Numbered from the whole stretch's first letter, positions 25,784 through 39,107 are shown. The stretch is 63,442 bases of DNA, filler included, from Reticulomyxa filosa (GCA_000512085.1; 18 parts of 18 records of this genome joined end to end with filler, not necessarily neighbours in it), one strand, 5' to 3'. Program-made: numbers and translations. Notes: generated by a model from the letters alone, not told the origin.

Positions 25784-28700
25784 TTAATCAGACATCAATG
25801 GAGAATATCTTGCTGCATCACTTATTATTTGATCACTACTGCTGACATTACTGTCGTCTGCACTCTCTCCGCTGCTTAATTCCGAGCTTTCGCTGGGTTC
25901 TGTAACTTCAACGTCTTCAATTGTTGGATGGGTTGCAGAATGGGAAGGATCGCTTGTACTGGCACTACTGCTATAGTCAACGGCACTGCTGCCATCTTGC
26001 CAGGTAGGTGAGTATTGAGGAGAAGCAGGTGTTGTTTGCGGACTTGTTTGTGGTGAGCTTCGAGGACTAGTTGGAGAACTCGGAGAAGTTGGGCTCGTGG
26101 GGCTTGTTGGACTTGTGGGTGAGGTGGGACTCGATGGTGAAGTAGGACTTGATGGAGAAGATGGACTGGTTGGTGAATTTGGACTGACATTGGGAGAGTA
26201 ATATGGACTTGTTGGAGAATACTGTGGAGAGGTTGCTCCGTAAGCAGGAGAAGTAGGACTATATGTTGGTGAAGTTGGACTGTAATTCGGACTAGTTGGC
26301 GAGTATGTAGGGGAGGTAGGACTGTAGTTGGGTGAAGTTGGAGAATAGGTGGGACTTGTGGGACTGTACGTAGGCGACGTCGGGCTGTACGTAGGTGAGG
26401 TTGGACTGTACGTAGGTGATGTAGGAGAATAAGTAGGTGAAGTCGGACTATAAGTTGGGGAATAGGACTATATGTCGGAACGTTGGAGAATGTTGGGACT
26501 TGTCGGACTGTACGTTGGAGAAGTCGGACTATATGTCGGTGACGTTGGACTGTATGTCGGACTTGTAGGACTATAAGTCGGCGAAGTGGGCGAATAGGTG
26601 GGCGACGTCGGACTGTACGTTGGACTGGTTGGACTATAAGTAGGAGAAGTGGGACTATAGTTAGGACTGGTTGGCGAATAGTTTGGACTCGTGGTGTTGC
26701 CCCGGAATGAAGAATAACTTGGACTGTGACGAGAAGTGTTGAAATAACTGCTACTTTCACTATGGTCACTACTGTAGTCGACAGAGGAACGATCACTGCC
26801 CAAGCTTTGCAACGGTGACGAGTTTCCACCAACAAGAGGAGAAAATTCTCCAGGCGTGTTGATGCCAGGACTCATGGCATTATATTTCAGGCCGTCAATC
26901 GAAGGGGTATTCAGTTGTTGATATTCGGGTGTGAAATAGGAGGGGCTCATGTCTGCAGTAAATTGGTCTTGCAAGCCAAAGAACGGATCTTGAGCAGAGC
27001 TGTCCGTATATTCGACGGCATATTTTTCGAGCATTTCATGGTCCAATATTAAATCAAAAGAGCCTGTTCCCATCGGGATCATTTGGCCCAGCATTATATT
27101 CTCTGAGCACCCCTGTGTTTCAAACACACCAAGCGATCAATATTCGAAACCAATTGTTTATATAAAATAAATCAATTAAATATATACGTATATAAACATA
27201 TGTATGTATATACATATATATATTAACGAATAGATTGTCTGCCATAGCAAAATGAGCAGCTTCATACAAAATCTCAACCGTCTCCTCAAACGAACATCGC
27301 ATTAATGGGCCTGTGTCTCTGCGATTAATACCGTGACGAGTGATCGACATCAAAGCTCCGGCGTAGGTCATTGTGTCAACCAAAACAGCCAAGTGTCTAT
27401 AATTGACATAGATGCCGTAAAACTCAATGACAGTTCGAATTTCGGCCAGCAGAGAGGCTCTAGCGGCTTCCACTCCCAAGACCTGGAACATGTCGACGAC
27501 GTGGTTGCTACGTGTGCGCGTTGCGTCCACCTCATCTACGGCCATGACTTCGAGCAATTGCGAGCCTTCGGTATCCAACACCCACTCTTTTTCACTACCA
27601 CGCTTGCTCCATTGTCCAGTATTGTTGTCCCAAAACCCTTTGTCTTGTTGTCGCATAAACACCTTTGTGATGCCCTTCACTCCTCGCAACTCGATATCAG
27701 CAAAAAGATTTTCCTCGAGTTTTCGCAAAAACGTATCTTCTCCTTCCATTAGTTCGTCCTCTTCTTTGGCGCCACCATCGTCAGCACCGCCTCCCATTCC
27801 CGTCCCAGTGCTGGTCAAGCTGTTCATTAATCGTATCTGAAGGATGAGCTTTTCGGCATTGTCATTGCTTGCCAGACAGCGAACTTCTTTTTTGAACCTC
27901 GTTTCAATGGCCTTTTGGATTTCCGCATTTCGAATTTTTTTGTCTTCTTTGGTCATTCGATCCAATTCCAGTCGCAGCATCCACGGTGAGCAGTTTTCTA
28001 AAAACTCGGTAGTGTCGTCATCGGGGAAATCAAAAAAGTACTGCAAAAACTCTCGGTCTTCCTCGACCACACATTCTCGCGGATCGGGATCGTAATAGAT
28101 CTGCGATTTGGCCACAATATCTCTCAACGTGCAATGTTCCAACTTGACCAAAATATCTCTCGTCTTGTTCAAGTCGCACGCGACGTCGGGTCGCAAGTAC
28201 ACAGTCAGCGAAGGGGTCTTCACCGTTTGTGCGACGTTGATCAACTCGGCCAATCGAGGCACTCCCAACGTCACGTTTTTCGAAGATACACCGGCGTAGT
28301 GGAACGTGTTCAATGTCATTTGTGTGACCACCTCGCCAATGGACTGTGCTGCAATAGTGCCAACTCCTTCTCCGGGATGAGCAATGGCCGCTTCAAACTT
28401 TGAGCGAATTTCTCCAATCACGTAAGAAAAGGCGGCACGAGGTAGGCGATATTCATTGCATACACGCTTGCTGGCTAGCAATCCTCGAATTAGCATTTTA
28501 AATAGTAACGTAGCATTTTCTTGTGCTTCGGCACGAATTGGGTCAGTGATATGATCTCTTCCCCCTCCTCCTGCTCCTGCTCCTGCTCCTGCTTCCGATC
28601 CATTCATTCCAATTCCACTTCCTGTTTTTGTAACTCCATTTCCCAACTTGTCATCGGCACTGGCTCCACCTTCCTCCACAGGGATGGGAGGCAATACCAC

Positions 28701-31467
28701 AATGGCGTCACACAACTCATTAACCATCTGTACAATTTCGACTGGATGCAATTCGCTATACTCTTTTCCTTCAATCACTCCAAACTGCTTTTGTGCGTTC
28801 CAGATCAAGCGCTGAATGTTGACTGGGAGATACAAGTTGATGTGGTTCTCCGAACTTTGATCAAACAAAAAGAAGATTTGGTCTCGGAACACTCTTCGAT
28901 CTTCTTTCAAGCGTTCCAACTCTTGCTGCAATGCAATATTTTTCATTGCATTTCGGGTAATGTCCTCTTTCATATGTGGGGCCAAAAACAAATCTCCGGT
29001 CTCTTGTCCTCGCAATAAATCAAATTCATACATTTGCTTAAACTTTTCGTCGGATATCAACATATGCGGCATGGATTGACTTTCGATATGGACGGCGTCC
29101 AGTCCATCTTCGCCGTACAGAAATTGGATGACATCTCCCAACGAATTCCTCACGGTACGGTCGTAACAGACCATTACATCTTCCATTGCCTTGATCAGCC
29201 TTCGTTGGATATATCCAGTCGACGCCGTTTTCACGGCCGTGTCGACCAACCCTTCTCGACCACCCATGGCATGGAAAAACATCTCCTCCGGAGTCAAGCC
29301 TTGCAAATAACTGTTTGCCACAAAGCCTCTCGCTTCTGGACCCAAGTCACCCTTGTTGAAATGAGGCAGGGTTCGATTGGTGAAGCCGTTGGGGATACGT
29401 CGACCTTGCACGTTTTGTTGGCCCACACAGGCAATGATTTGGGACAAGTTGATAGCCGTACCTTTGCTTCCTGCGTCTGCCATTAGCTTCACATTGTTCA
29501 ATTTGTTCAATGCATTGCGCACCGCTTTCCCGGCTTCGTCCATGGCCTTGTTCAGCAAGTCATTCACTTTCCCTTCAAATGTTTGGTTCATCGTCGACCC
29601 GGGCTGTCGTTGCAGCTGGCCACTGCGAGCGCTGCGAATCGTCTGCGACACGTCCGACTTGGCCTTTTCAATTGTCCTTTGGATCGTCGTAAGTGTTGCC
29701 TCACTGGCAATGGTATCTCCAACACCAACCGAGGAAGAATGGATCTGAATGATGTTTTTAATGTTATGTATTGGGACATATTATATATGTATATATTGTA
29801 TTATATAAATAAACACTCCAAATATTTTTTAATTAACCAATAAAAAGGCGCAAATGAGCTTATTCAAAGCGTTAATGAATTGTTTGGTGACTTCGGGGCC
29901 TTTTTCGTTCCAGATGATGTGTATCAAGGACCCTTGCGAAGTGCCGACGGATCGTTTGTCAATAATGCCACAAAGCAATTCGCCTTGTTCGACGCGAACA
30001 AGCGAGTCGGACGGCGACATGACTGTTTCCTTTTCGTTGTCAGGTTTGCACTGCGAGGTTCGCAAGAAGTTGACTTCGGGCAGGATGATGGAGACCAGCT
30101 GTTTGCCGGTCCAAAGGGGTTTGGGTTTCAAGATGGCGGGGACAGGGATGGTGCCATCCCAGCGTTCGTCCAGCCACATGAGCAAGTTGTAGACCTCGTG
30201 TCGTTCCAAAAAGGTGTCTCTATTGGTGAACTTCATGACACCGAGCAGGACGTCTTGGACAATGCCCATGACGGGACGATTGCTCTGGGGCGACACGATT
30301 TGGAGTGGGACCAGACACAAATGCAGCAGTTCGGCTCTGGCAGGTTCGCTTTGAGGTACGTGTAAGTTCATTTCATCACCGTCAAAGTCGGCATTGTACG
30401 GAGTGGTGACACTGAGATTCAAGCGGAAGGTGGACCAAGGCAGTACTTTTACCTTGTGTGCCATCATCGACATTTTATGCAGCGAGGGCTGTCGATTGAA
30501 CAAGACCACGTCTCCATTTTGAATATGTCGTTCGACGACGTACCCTGGTTCCAAGTTCATGTCGCTGGTTCGCCCGACAAATCGCAAGTCAATTTGCTTG
30601 CCATCGTCGCGGATGATGGTTTTGGCGCCGGGATACTCGGTGCCGTTTTCGACCAGCTCTCTCATCTTGTGTAGATTGTACTTGGTCACGCGCTCGGGAT
30701 ACGTGAGTAAACACGCAATGCTGCGAGGCACCCCGACCTCATCAATGCTCAGATTAGGGTCCCCGCCAATGACTGTTCGCGCGCTAAAGTCGCAACGCTT
30801 GCCCATCAAATTGCCACGCACTCGACCCGCCTTTCCGACTAGTCGCTGTCGGAACGACTTAATCGGCTTGCCCGACTTCTGCTTCGCCACTGGCTGTCCT
30901 GACACCTCGTTGTCAATCATTGTCGTCACGTGGAACTGCAACAGGTCCACCAGGTCTTCCAATACGTGCTCGGGCACTCCACGAGCTTCTTGTCGGTTCA
31001 ACTGGTCGTTCACTTTCAATATATCGTACAACTTGTGCGTTATGTCGTCCTGTGATGGCCTTATCCCGTCCATCAACACAAACGGACGCACCGCTGGTGG
31101 ACACACTGGCAACACTTGGATTATCAACCAATCCACGCGACAATACGTCGGGTGGAATCCCAAAATTTGACAGTCTTCGTCGCTTATGCGCGACAATATG
31201 TCCAAACATTGCTGCGCTGAAAACTTTTGTCGCTTGTCTTCTCCTTGGTCCTTCGCTTCCGGGTATTCCATTTCGATTCCTACGCCTTTCGCTTTGCGAT
31301 ATTTGGGCTGAACCGATCCACATCCGTTCACTAAGGTCCCATTTTCTTCACCTTCTCTTTTCTTTCCATTTCACATATTACATACAACATATTTTATACA
31401 CAATTTTTTTTTTTTTTTTTTTTTTTACAAAGTTCTTTGTTGTTGCGATATTGCGCGTCTTTTTTGT
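25784..31467 (-). CDS. RPB1: RNA polymerase II largest subunit (5'-truncated, spliced)
   Basis: [34 protein letters not shown], bridge helix [35 protein letters not shown] and a heptad CTD. Introns near 29837..29746 and 27227..27113. Stop at 25784-25786. Confidence 0.98.
26190..26690 (-). repeat. RPB1 CTD heptad repeats (about 24, mostly YSPTSPT)
   Basis: 21-nt periodic coding repeat. Two units near 26455-26495 are disrupted by small indels. Confidence 0.93.
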
Positions 31468-31659
31468 NNNNNNNNNNNNNNNNNNNNNNNNNNNNNNNNN
31501 NNNNNNNNNNNTTAATTAATTAANNNNNNNNNNNNNNNNNNNNNNNNNNNNNNNNNNNNNNNNNNNNTATATATATATCCATAAATATTGTCCATTCTCT
31601 TCTTCTCCTCCTCTCACTCCCTTCCACTTCCTTCCTCCTGTTCCAAAAGGCTGGTAAGA

Positions 31660-33699
31660 CTAATCCAAATGCGGTGCAAGATGAAAAACGGAACGTGAAG
31701 GCCTCGACTCATTCCCACAAACGTCAGCCGTAGCAGTGACCGTTTTTCTTCTCTTTGCACTTGGCAATAAATGCGAATGCGCGTTTGGGTCGGGAGAGAA
31801 ATGACAGGACGGAATATATAAAGACGGCATTGGCGAAGCGATGGCACGGCTGTCGTGAGACATATTGGACGCGACGGAGACAGCGGCTGGAGAAGGGAGG
31901 GGTGGAGCCGACACTGACGAGGACGACAAGGTGGGCGTGAGAGTAAGGCCGAACACTGTGGAGGCCGATGACCAATCACGGTGAAAAGGCGACGATATCG
32001 ACGCGAATGCACGCTTTTGCGGACCTACTTTGCGAGTGCCAACGAGGGATCCATCCCGCTTGCTTTTGGACAAGCTCGCGGATCCATAAGGCGTCGAACA
32101 TATGTCTTTCAACACAAGACCCAACAGCTCGTTCTTCCTTTTTGACATTGCATTGGCCTTTTTTTTATTATCTCTTTGTAGCACGTGTGCATTCGGTTTG
32201 TCATCATCATTGTCGTCGTGCCATCGTCGAACTTGTTTTATTGCTTGACTTGCAGTGTCTGCTTTTTTTAGTAATTGCATTTGCTTGCCTTTATTGCCAC
32301 GTTTGTCTTTGTCTTTATTTTTGTCTTTGTTTCCATCTTTTTCTTTGTCCTTATTTTTGTGTTGAATTTTCTTTTTCTTTTTTGCGTCCGTTTTGTCGCT
32401 ATTACGCAATTGCGATTGATTTTGTCCCTGTTGTTGCCGTTGCTGTTGCTCTTGTTGTTGTTCTTGTTGTTGTTGCTCTTGTTGTTGCCCTTGTTGCTGC
32501 TCTTGTTGCTCTTGTTGTTGCTGCCCCGCCGAATCAATGGGCCAAGCACATGTGTAGTTTTCTTCGCATAAAAAATAAGGCAGCCATTCTTTCGGATGTG
32601 TCAATGGATACTGGCACTATAATCACATACACATATATACATATTTCTTTTTTTTTTTTTTTTTTGGTAATAAAAAAACAAGAAATACGACGTAAAATTA
32701 AACAAAACTGCAGGAAAACGACAGCAAATGAGAATCCCTTCGACGGCATTGAGCGGAGTTGTCGGCGTTGCACAATCGCCTCCGACACAAGAGCGGACTT
32801 TGTTTCGAAGACGAAGAAATCGCAATTGGCTGGGCTCTTCCTCCTCCTCCTCCTCCTGGTCGAGTGGGCAGACGGGACAGGACGTTTGGATCCCATTCAA
32901 CTTTGATTCTTCGGGAAATGTCCATCGTGCTAGCGATTGCTGCGGATGTTGCAGCAGCTGTTCGAAACGAGATTGAAAAATGGTCGCCACACCCTCGCAA
33001 ATTGTCAGTTGTCTTTCGTCGCTTGGATCACACATTAACTGCGACAAGCCAAAACTTCGTTGTTCCGAATATTTCTTCTTTTCTATCTTTTTTTTTTGTT
33101 CCGAGGAACATATTCAGAACCCGACCAATTTTTTTTATTTTTTTTTAAAGGTGGATTGTGTGTTATGTATGTGGCCCTTCCCCCTCCTCTTCAAAAAAAA
33201 AAAAAAAAAAGATAAAGATAAAATACCTCAACGCAAAAATGCTATCACGAAATGTTTGTGCAATAGTCAATCGCTGTGTGTAATTCAATTGCAAGTCTTT
33301 AATTGGCAATGAGTCCACCCACTGTTTTGATTCATCGGACAAATCACACGTTAGCGCGTTGTAGATAATGCGTAAAAGGGTGAGCAGGGTCAACTGGCCC
33401 ACTTTGAATTGCTCAAATACCTTACGCGAAACGTGTTGTAACATTTTATCATAATTCGACGGAGGCAATTCATTTTTCATCAACTCCGGAGGAATTGTCC
33501 CCAAACACGTGCTGTAATCTATTGCGCACAACGACCCCCAACCTTTCGTGTCCTTGTCAGTAAACTCCAAACGAGGTGATGTCGTGCTGATATGTAATAT
33601 TTCTTCCTCCTCCTTCTCTTCCTTCTTCTCCTCATTATTATTATCATTTATATCCCTCACATTCGAAGCAATGTCGGTTTCTGACATAGCTTGACTCAT
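31660..33699 (-). CDS. Hypothetical protein with C4 zinc-ribbon-like motif and Q/K-rich low-complexity tail (spliced)
   Basis: Three ORF blocks separated by AT/homopolymer introns. CPVC...CCRFPA|CQYPL forms after splicing. Confidence 0.6.
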
Positions 33700-34038
33700 T
33701 GACAACAAAGAGAAGATTTTTTTGGAAGAAAAAACTTATGCAGCTTTCAAACAACCCGTTCGTTTCTTCTAAAGATAAGGCGTTACTAGAGCCTAAACAC
33801 TTTAAAAATACTACAAGTAGACAAAAAATGTCATTGAAAGGTTATGTTTAAATTGTAATTAACTCATTGCTGGATCGACGTCATTACTTAAACAAAGTAT
33901 AAAGGTTTTTGAGCGATACACTAAACGTAATGTGCTATCACACCAATTTTTTCAAATGTTTGTGTGGCATACTGAAAGAGACAAGCCGTTGCAACAGACA
34001 AACAAAGACAACAAAAAAGGAACTTCGAATCTCTTGAC

Positions 34039-35328
34039 ATGTTCAATATTCCCCCCAAAGTGGATCCGAATGAAGTACCCAGTTGGATCTTACAGCTGAA
34101 ATCTGGGTTAGAAGAGCGAGATAATAGAGAAAAAAGTCCTTTTTTAGAACTTTCACAACATTACCGTTCAATATTGGAAGAAAATGTGGCCCTGAACGCA
34201 CGTGTCAGCGAGTTGTCACAAGCGCTGGTGAAAATGAAACAGGAACAATGGTATATTTGTATCTGTTCTTTTTCCTCCACTTTGAGCTTTTTTTTTTTTT
34301 TTAAAGATGTAAAGGGATATTCATACAATAGATAGAGAAGAAAAAAAATTGAGTAACACATAAAAACCCTTCAATAACATAAAATGTGTCTATAAGCATG
34401 TACATGCTTGTATGTGCAAATGCATGTATACATATGTGTTATACGTGCATATGGACAACTTTGTAGATAAAAACATGTACGTATACAAACGCATAAGAAA
34501 GAAAATTCTATGTTATATAAAATACATCAGGGAATGATGAGCAAATAATAATAATAAATAAAAAAAATAAAAAAAAAAAGGCACAAACGCACACAATATA
34601 CTGGTGGTCCCGAATCTGCGGACGAGAAGAGATCTGATGAGCTGTTAGGATCGAATGGCAAAAGCGTGCCGTTGGAAGAACACAGAGAGATAGTAGACGC
34701 GCTAAAAAAGGAATTGATGGATGTATATCGACTGAAGCGAGAGGACGAAGAAGCACTCTCACGCTTGAAAAAGCAAAGCGCAGAAAGTGAGCAGCTGCTA
34801 TTAAACAAGCGAGACATGCTCGACCAATTGTCGAAGCAATACCAGCAATTAGTCGATGAAAACACATCCCTGAATATTGGTTTGTTTTGTTGAATAACAA
34901 TCAAAACCCCCCCCCCCTCCCATATACATATATGTATGGGTGTATATACGTAAGCATATGTATACGTATATAATGCGCACAATGAGAGTATACGTAATCA
35001 TCACAATAGTAATTAAAGGAAGCAGAGATGCAAATGAGGAGAGTGGACGTTGTGTTTGTTGTTTGTAAATGAAACAATGGAATAGAAAAGTCGAAGCTGA
35101 ACAGTTGCTTGATTGTAATGCAATCGGAAAATGTGGCGTTGCGACAAGCACACGACGGGTCGGTGAATGAAGTGGATCGTTTGAAGCGAGAGAATACTCA
35201 CCTGACCGCTGCGATAATAAAAATAAAGGAAGGGCAAATGAATCAAATGGATGAATGGCGAAAAGAGTTTGAACGTTCCACGATTAATAATAACAATAAC
35301 AATAATAATAATAATAATAATAATAATA
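34039..35328 (+). CDS. ATG16: Autophagy protein ATG16-like (3'-truncated, spliced)
   Basis: ATG5-binding helix WILQLKSGLEERDNREKSPF..L..Y. Coiled coil LKKELMDVYRLK and RLKRENTHLTAAIIKIKEGQMNQMDE matches the ATG16 domain pattern. Confidence 0.75.
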
Positions 35329-35428
35329 NNNNNNNNNNNNNNNNNNNNNNNNNNNNNNNNNNNNNNNNNNNNTTAATTAATTAANNNNNNNNNNNNNNNN
35401 NNNNNNNNNNNNNNNNNNNNNNNNNNNN

Positions 35429-35509
35429 GATATAACAACAATAGCTATTTCTCCAAATGGTAATACATTCTTAGTTTCTTCTGGCAATAGAATTGAAATT
35501 TGGGAATGA
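35429..35509 (+). CDS. C-terminal end of a WD40-repeat protein
   Basis: DITTIAISPNGNTFLVSSGNRIEIWE* at the contig start. Confidence 0.65.
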   Translation, partial: DITTIAISPNGNTFLVSSGNRIEIWE

Positions 35510-35799
35510 TTGATGTGTTGTTGATATTTCTTTTTAACAAATAAAAAAAAATTTATCTCGTCCAAAAGTTTACGAAAATTTCATTTCAAACGATTTGTTC
35601 AAGTTAAATTTAAAAAAAATTTAAAAGAGAGAAGACAATGAAGGAATTACTTCACAATAAAACACATTTGTATCAAAATAAAATTGAGTCTATTTTTTAT
35701 CAATTTGTTTGATATTTGTTGATAAGTTCATTATATTCAACATTCAATTGTTTCGGAAGTATTTTCATTAATTCTGTATGACTGGGAATTTTAATGTGT

Positions 35800-37916
35800 T
35801 TCTGCCTTTCACTTTGTTTGCACTTACACCATCATGTTCTCATTGTTACTCTTTTCTTCATTGATGGCCGCATTGTAATTTCTCTTGTATTCCTGGTCTC
35901 TAAACCATTCATAAATTACACTACCCAAACGAATTCGATATCCCACATTGTGACTTCGTAAATAGGAATTTTGTGTATCCATTTGAATTGGACGATGCGG
36001 TCAATTTTTTACAATTGATAATAGATGACAATTTATTATTATCACTACAATACAAATGTGTCATACTCTCATTGCTTTCACTATTTCTTAACTTAGTCGC
36101 ATTTTTAATATATTCTTTCAGCCATTCTTTGTTCTTATCAATACTTGAATCACCTAGTTTGAAATAAGCAACTAAATAGAGTTAAATCCATACTCGTTCT
36201 TTGGATGAATTGTATTTAAAGATTGGCGTAATTGTGTTACAATAACATTCAATCAATTTTCAAAAGACAGATTATTTATTCAATTGCTTTGTTTGGTTCT
36301 AATCGTCTTTGATCAACACAAGTATGCACTCATTATTTTCTTGACTTACATCTCGCCTTGGAAAAGTTCGCCAATTTGTTTGATGGAGATTGGATAGGGG
36401 AACAATATCGATCCATCTACAATATTGAGAGTACAATATCTTCATTTGTCTTTCACATTGAAATATTTTCCACCAAATCAACACGAAAAGTCATAACAAC
36501 TGCATTTTGGAAATGTTTCCATGTGTCTTTGGCATGTCGATATAGGTGGATCACATACAACACAGGCATAAATACATAAAAAAGGTGGCGACGGACATTT
36601 GATCAAATTAGGCGCATTGATGAATTGGAGTACGTTGAATGAAAGTAGTGCGTGCTAATCCAAGTGTTGCTGTGTGATTGCAAGCACATGATGATTCATT
36701 ATCACTGGTTTCTTTTTATAAACATCATCCATAATCATTCATAGTTTTGATAAAACGAATATCAAAACTTTTAAGGGATTATTGTGTCGACTCTCTTTCA
36801 TTCACATCTTCTCCTTGCTTTTCTTGATGTGTTTATATTTCTTGCACTATCCATTATCAGTGTCATATTTTTTAAAATAATCCACTAATACTATTGATTC
36901 TTTCTTTTTTTTTCCATTCCCTTAATCTACTCTTCTTCTTGTCCTTCTTCCTCTTCCTCTTTTTGCATTCCAAACCTAAGGCAAATCACTCTACAATAAA
37001 ATGATCCATGTCTACATTGTTTTGGTTAAGACACATCACAAAAGCTGAAAATATGACAAAAGTAACATATACCTTCAAATAAATCTGCCTTTCCTTCGCG
37101 TTTGATTGATACTTGTCATTTTGAATGCCTTGTTTTTGTTGTTCTGATGTTGATAATATACATTCTCTGTTTTGAATTCGAATAATGGCATAATTGCATG
37201 CCACGAGAGAATTCTCCACAGAATATGCATTTGCTTGAATATTCCATATATTCTTTGCTTCTCGCATTAATATTTATTACAGCTCTAATTAATTTCACTT
37301 TCTTTGATTGTATGTATAATATTGATTGATTGTGAACTTACATAACAATCCACTTTGAGCTATATTGTGAGAGATCAAGAAAACTTCAAGTTGAATAACA
37401 ATACTTCATTCCACTGGTTGATTGTATTCATATTGTTTTGTTATTTTTGATAATACATTGTTGATAATATCTACGCTTTCACTTGAACAACATTTTTTGT
37501 TGTTTCAAATCTGTATCCACATGATAATTCATCAATTGGAGATTATCGAAGAAAGACAAATGTATTTACTTGTTCCAAATTCACTTCGGCTGATTAATCT
37601 TTTTCTTCTTTTGATTGCGAGATTTGAATGTGTGTGCTTGGTCTTGTACTGTTCCAAAATTAAAAAATTTTCATACTTATTCATCTCTATTCGACAAAAG
37701 AATCTCCAAATGAATTTTCAATATTAATGGACTTGACATTTCGACCAGAATTCCAATACAATAAATTATTTTTAATCAATATTTCTTTTAATTATGTTTG
37801 ATTTACTCACAATAAGAATGTTGCACCTTCTTAAAATAATTTTTTATAATTCTTTTCGTCAACAATTTTGATCAACACCATCTTTATCAATTAATTTATC
37901 TTTGACATAATCAATT
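35800..37916 (-). pseudogene. Degenerate AT-rich coding-like remnant of a multicopy family
   Basis: Short stop-interrupted frames. A ~47-bp segment recurs, diverged, at 63395-63442. Confidence 0.3.
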
Positions 37917-38016
37917 NNNNNNNNNNNNNNNNNNNNNNNNNNNNNNNNNNNNNNNNNNNNTTAATTAATTAANNNNNNNNNNNNNNNNNNNNNNNNNNNN
38001 NNNNNNNNNNNNNNNN

Positions 38017-38852
38017 AAAAAAATTAGGTCTGAATGTTTGATTTTTCATTGAGAAAATCAACTATCATCACAAGCTATGTTTTAGGCGTTCAGTTTTCTT
38101 TGCAACCTACTGTACTTACAACTTTCCTCTATCTGATTGTCAAAGATTAATGAAAGGGCTTGGGGAATATGATGTCCCTGAGATTTATTGGATCAAAGGA
38201 CATTCAGCATTCCTGGAAATGAAAGAGCAGACATTGTTGCAAAAAGAACCAGATTCCAAGCAGAATTTGATCAACCTGAGTTATTTATGAAACCAGATCG
38301 AACAGCTACATTCCTGAATTTCCACGGATTAAATCTATTTTTCACTGAAGAATAGAATCGTCATTGTACAATGAAGGCAATGAAATAGAACCACACAAGC
38401 ATCACAAGCAGTATTTACTTAATCTGATTGAAGCTCAATCATTTGAAAAGATTATTTTGCATCGATTGGATGTGCATGAGCGAAGATATGTTTGCTTATT
38501 TCAAATTCAAGACATCGAACCTGATAAGTTTGGTTATTGTAGACAAGTTATTATATACTGAAACAAGAATCAAAGTTTTCAAGGAACTTACAAAGTTCAT
38601 TGTAGCAACTGGAAAGCAAATTTAAGTTTAACTTAAAACTTTAAAAATTTTGCATCCTTTACTTTGTGTTTTGTGGACGATAGTAGTTTTTTATTTATGT
38701 TTTTTCTTTTAGTTTGGTCCATGTGCTTTAACTTGCTTTTGTTTGTACTTTCGGGGAATAGGAGTTAGGGCAAATAATAGTGATGAGTAAATGACGAAGC
38801 AAGGATTAGCCGGACACCTTCACGCCCTCCCGGTGCAAAAGCTTAAAAAAAA
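38017..38852 (+). mobile_element. 3' end of a degenerate non-LTR retrotransposon (RNase H-bearing)
   Basis: EIYWIKGHS/IPGNERADIVAK RNase H motif (frameshifted) at about 38180-38245. Terminal VFKELTKFIVATGKQI*, T-rich 3' UTR, and an A-run at about 38845. Confidence 0.75.
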
Positions 38853-39107
38853 ATGTATTAAAATAGGATTTTTCCAGTTCAATTACTTTAAATTTTGTTG
38901 CGTTATTTTGTTAGAGTTTTGTAAACAAAAAGTTCACGCGCTTCAGAAAAAAGTAACAATAAAAGTTCAAAAGCGCTTGACTTTTCACCTGACGATAAAT
39001 GCACTCCGAAAGGGTCTCTCAGTATATGTGAATTAATTTGTCACAGCGTGTAGTTTTTTTTCTCTTGCTCCGGGTAAAGTCAATAATCCCAACTTGCAGA
39101 TTGAACC

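Noticed and set aside
26455-26495. Premature stop truncating the CTD
   Set aside because: Small indels in two heptads; intact heptads resume immediately and run in frame to the stop at 25784.
25876-26835. 319-aa Leu/Gln/His-rich ORF
   Set aside because: It is an alternative frame of the RPB1 CTD repeat.
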